Source: Phoronis australis (taxonomy: Eukaryota; Animalia; Phoronida). Taken from it: a stretch of 64,000 nucleotides of DNA. Position numbers and translations under genes: made by a program. Location: positions 139,609-203,608 of the forward strand of contig NMRA01000639.1 of assembly GCA_002633005.1 (NCBI GenBank), given 5' to 3'. The notes under the pieces were generated by a model, which made no database searches, was not told where the DNA came from, and saw only the letters and a list, made by a program, of their open reading frames with translations. Positions 61,801 through 64,000 of the stretch are shown in pieces; position 1 is the stretch's first letter; every line of letters begins with the position of its first letter.

Positions 61801-64000
61801 ACTGACCATTGAGCTGTCATGACCAGAAAGAGACAATACATTTCACATAATGCTAGTTACTGAGTCCATACACTCAGGAATGGCACCATAGTAAAATTCA
61901 CTTGATGAGAAATTTATTTACAGTGCGAAAGTATTTCTGGAAAGCATTGTTACTTAGTTCTTCATCTAATTACTTTTAGGCTTTATTTGCCTGTCTAAAA
62001 AACTCAGTAATTGAAGATCTGGAATTGTATTTGGGAGATCCTGGGTTGGGACAGATGTGTTTTTCACAATTACAAGAAGAGCCTATACAATTAGGTATAT
62101 CAGGACACATTATTGGAAAAATTGCCTATGTTCAGGAAAGTGTTTTTCCTTACTTGAATATGGTGTCAAACACTTTAAAAAGTGTTTGACACCATATTTA
62201 TGTAAGGAAATTTTAGATCCGATTTCAGTGTATCCAACTTTTAACTCAGTAGCCTGAGAAAACTTCTTCAGAGGGTTGCACAACTTTATCAAGCCAATGG
62301 TCTTTTTTGGGTAACTATGCAAACGTCTCCTTTCCAATAACAGCCCAAGAGGACCGTACACCAGAATTCATCCATGGCCCATTGATAACATATGAATATT
62401 ACATTAGTTAATATCACACATTTCTCGACACAAAAAAGAAATGTATCTCAATATCAACAATGGCACACAAATGGTCAAGACCTACCAAAGATGGAATTTT
62501 CTTCAGAACAGCCTCCCCCTGCCAGCTCCATGGAGTTCTGTTTCTCGGCCCTTTTTTCTTCGCTACAGGATTGGCTTCTTTAGTTGTCTCATTCTCTAAC
62601 CCTGTATCCTTCTTCTTGCTCCTCTCCTTTGACTTTAACACCTTCTGGTCTAAGCTCTTATCACCTTTCAATGTTGCACTCTTCTTTATAGACTTTTGGG
62701 AGGCTTTCGATTCAACGGACTCGCGTTCCTTGGATTGTTTACTGCAATGCTTTTTCACGTTCTTTGGCTCAATGGCAGTGTGGGATATTAGGTGTTTCTG
62801 TTCTGCACAATGGGCCGGTGGGAAAGGTCTAATGGCCACAGGGTGTTGGATTAGGCAAGCGTCGCGGCTAGCCTGAAGCATAGACCCCGCCTGATCAGGA
62901 AGAGCCTGAATCAGAGGTCCTGCTGGCTGGAAAAAACCTGAAATGATCACGTCACATTAACATGCAGCATTAGTGTGAACTGAACAGTGGACATTTCGAC
63001 AAAGCTAAGTTGCAAATCATTTGCAATTTGACGCGATTTTAGAGATACATCTCCAGGCTGTTTTATTGAATACAGGTATGTCCTTGTTACATATCAATAC
63101 ATCAAGAGTAGAAACAGAACATCAGCATGGCGGCATTTGTGTGATAAGGGACCAAGGTCCCAGTTGGGCAGATAATTATAAATAACATGGACATGCAATG
63201 ACCATTGATATCCTTAATCCAATAGATATAGTGCACTACAGTCATACCAGAGCTTAGAAATAACCTACATTAAAAGTGTAGGAAGGTTTTCCTTTTTGTG
63301 GAGCAAAGAAAAAGCGAGTGCACCCTGATTACCACCTGTTTGTGCCCAGGATGGAAATAGTTTCACCTCCCTCTACAGTCAGCACCTGTTTCACCTGCCT
63401 CTGCAGTCAGCACCTATTTTGCTCAACTATGGTTGCCACTACCTTTCATCGCCTCTTAAGCATCATCTAATACACCTTTAAGCCATTCAAGAAGCATTTC
63501 TCTTAAACAGTCTGTTCAGTGAGTGGGACGTGCTGTCCCCCCCTGGACGCCCACTTCTAATGCCTCCGAAAGTACTGCAGTGAGTAATTTCACAATATCA
63601 TAAAGAGGCAGACATAACTTCGTCGCAACAATACAATCACTACTTCACATACCTTGTTGGTAGACTGACGGATAACCTGGCACGGAGAATGCACTTCTGT
63701 AGCCTGGCATCATCGGCAGGTTGGTTATACTGCCAATTCCACTGACAGTGTATGACTGGAACTGCGAGCTGGGCACAATAGGGGGCACTGGTGTACACTG
63801 GTAGCTAGCCATGGTGATAGCAGGTTGTGGATGCATCGGTGGTGGCATTTGGGGTGTCGGTGGCAGTAGATCAGTCTTGACAGGACTAGGCCCCAGACTA
63901 GACGATTGCTGCAATAGGCTGAGGTTGGTCCAATGAATGGTGTTCTCCGATTGCATCATTGGTCGGTTATCACATAACATCATCATGTGTCCCGTGGCCA
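58897..64000 (-). CDS. BAHD1: BAH domain-containing protein 1-like, 5'-partial; complement(join(58897..59083,59856..60024,60827..60989,62486..62937,63653..>64000))
   Basis: C-terminal BAH domain [75 protein letters not shown] closely follows vertebrate BAHD1. Intron phases 1, 0, 1, 2 are consistent and all are GT-AG. Confidence 0.92.
59229..59375 (+). repeat. 50-51-bp tandem repeat x3 in the last BAHD1 intron
   Basis: gatgcaggcttatcccgagggg..tccacta...gggcccacaaaacaact starting at 59229, 59280 and 59330. Confidence 0.9.
63360..63417 (+). repeat. 28-bp tandem duplication
   Basis: tttcacct(c/g)cctct(a/g)cagtcagcacct x2. Confidence 0.85.

Overview
Animal (invertebrate-like, AT-rich) nuclear DNA with GT-AG spliceosomal genes; nothing prokaryotic. 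I assembled five genes by hand from splice sites and reading-frame phase. (1) A MYND-finger HIF prolyl hydroxylase (EGLN1/PHD2-type, + strand, 8 coding exons, 2061-11119, 441 aa). (2) A two-exon SERTAD4-like gene (+, 22195-30500, 310 aa). (3) An intronless JNK-derived pseudokinase lacking every catalytic motif (-, 35332-34046, 428 aa). (4) Zinc transporter ZnT6/SLC30A6 (+, 12 coding exons, 43463-56442, 502 aa) with an unusual His-rich C-terminal tail. (5) The 3' part of a BAHD1-like gene (-, 58897 to beyond 64000). An unidentified ORF runs off the left edge, head-to-head with the PHD gene. Intergenic and intronic DNA holds MITEs, a tRNA-derived SINE, a TSD-flanked retro-insertion, an LTR-like fragment, many short tandem duplications, a 748-N gap and two N-joined duplications that are probably haplotype artefacts. 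The two strongest leads are the intact but catalytically dead JNK retro-paralogue and three tandem duplications that each copy a working splice site, so that using a wrong copy gives a stop or frameshift. All identifications come from reading motifs against remembered family sequences; no searches were run.
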